Shown: piece by piece, positions 62,517 through 64,000 of the stretch | How the letters are laid out: every line of letters starts with the position of its first letter | How positions within the stretch are numbered: position 1 is the stretch's first letter | Assembly (NCBI GenBank): GCA_050084515.1 | Contig: CM114271.1 | Span: 15,438,001-15,502,000 of the forward strand | DNA from: Blasia pusilla | Taxonomy: Eukaryota | Direction: 5' to 3' | DNA: 64,000 nucleotides | Program-made: the position numbers and the translations under genes | The notes under the pieces: model-generated | Seen by the model: the letters and a program-made list of their open reading frames with translations, nothing else | The model's database searches: none | Told to the model about the DNA's origin: nothing

Positions 62517-63661
62517 CTCAAGGGTCTCACTTCCACAAATATGCCCCATCACGTGTGATAAAGTAAGGGGTTTTTTAATTGCGTCCCTTGGAAGACTTAT
62601 TAAGTTTTGTGGAAGAACAAGAGGGTTCAATTTATTCCATGACGTGCTTAAACGAACAATGGGATCTTTATATTAATTGCCCTTCCATGGAAGACGTTCA
62701 CATAAGATAGGGTAAATACTCACAATATATATATATATAAAATACATATTTGTCACATAAAATTTCTTTATATTTGTTTCAAATTTAATTTTATATAATA
62801 ATTTTTCTCCCTAGGTACAAAATTCTTTGATTCTTTTCAGGGAAATTTAGAGGGAAAATGATAGTTTTTTTTAAAATGGTTTTCCTCCCTTCACCATTTT
62901 CCCACAAACAAACTTGAACCGGGTTTCTCCAAAACCAAAACCCGGTTCAAGTTTGTTTGAATCTACAACAGACGTTGGCCCTTCCACAAGATCAATAAAG
63001 TCAAAGAAAAGGAAGGAAAAGAGACACAACTTACAGTGGAGACAAGAGTTGCAAAAAAGGAGTATTGGTTGGGGCGTATTGTGTATATGACTCAAAAGAA
63101 CGGTACACATTGGTCAAGACTTCGTAAGACCTTAGACTTGATGGGCGTGCATGTACCTCCTCTTGGACAAAAGGGAAGCATTTTTTGTGTCATGTGTAAA
63201 TGATACAAGTCTTCTGACCATGGTAACAACAAAGCCTTATTCACTTATGATGCAATAGATGTGCAATGGATTGATATTGAAATGGTGATTTCTAATGTGA
63301 ACTTGACAATGAAATCAGGGATATAAGATATAATATATATACTTTATTCAATTGACTTACATGCTTTGACTATATACACTCAAAATGTGAGTTGATCTTG
63401 GTGCATTTTTTTTATGGTTGAGACATGTTGGATTTAGTATTTTTGTTGGATTGTGGTTAGAATGTACTTGACACCGTTAAATTGTGGGAGAAAGTAAGCT
63501 AGGGGGATGACAAATTGGCTGATTGAGCTTCTTGCACTCGAGGGTCTCACTTCCACAAATATACCCCATTAAGTGCAACAAAGTAAAGGGTTTTTTAATT
63601 ACGTCCCTCGGAAGACTTATTAAGTTTTGTGAAAGAACAATAGGGTTCAATTTATTCCATG
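62517..63661 (+). repeat. About 125-bp direct repeat pair (62517-62641 and 63537-63661)
   Basis: AGGGTCTCACTTCCACAAATA...GGAAGACTTATTAAGTTTTGTG...GGGTTCAATTTATTCCATG occurs twice, 1020 bp apart. Confidence 0.85.
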
Positions 63662-63669
63662 GCCCTCTT

Positions 63670-63997
63670 CATGGTTGCACAAAACCGGACTAGTCCTTCC
63701 TTAGGACGGACATGGACGGACAAGTCTAGACATGTCCATGGACATGAGTTCCAAGAGATGGGACCCACACTTTTAGTCCATGATGGAAGGCAAGGCAAGG
63801 ATGAGAGGATCAATGAGGAAGGAGGGAGTGGAGATGGAGGGAGGAAGAAATGGGGGTGTATAGAACACGAAGGCAAGTAAGGGGAATGAGAAAGAAGGAA
63901 TAGGTGGGGCCCATACGTACAAGTCCTTCCATAGGATGGACATATCCACATGCATGGACATATCCACGGACACGGACTTTGTCCACATGCAACCTTG
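63670..63997. mobile_element. hAT MITE family copy
   Basis: TIRs CATGGTTGCA ... TGCAACCTTG; interior similar to 11701-11960 and to the reverse complement of 14406-14637. The TSD cannot be checked because the window ends. Confidence 0.75.
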
Positions 63998-64000
63998 GCA

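Overview
Eukaryotic land-plant nuclear DNA. A bryophyte-grade host is my inference from gene style, and the species cannot be identified from sequence alone. Four intact host genes lie in the right half: an ethylene receptor (+, 34736-37804, 3 coding exons), granule-bound starch synthase (+, 46544-52644, 13 coding exons), an intronless NEOXANTHIN-DEFICIENT 1-like gene (+, about 54432-55355) and deoxyhypusine hydroxylase (-, 60151-57202, 7 coding exons). The rest is AT-rich and full of TE relics: hAT-type MITEs, possible Helitron ends, a CRE-like non-LTR fragment and long (CT)n tracts. The main signal is a Ty3/gypsy-type retrotransposon family present in at least four decayed pieces (1-1171, 14971-24494, about 25200-29330, about 61700-62440). 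First, it carries a cytosine-5 DNA methyltransferase domain between protease and RT. The ORF track misses this domain because of stop codons and a 1.1-kb internal inversion, but motifs I, II, IV (GWPCQG), VI, IX and X can be read across the copies. Second, the integrase ends in a PHD finger. Third, it has split direct repeats (A1-gag/pol-B1-A2-B2) instead of two LTRs, with an internal CA-NN-TG end-to-end junction and no visible tRNA primer-binding site. All copies here are pseudogenised. All translations and alignments were done by eye.
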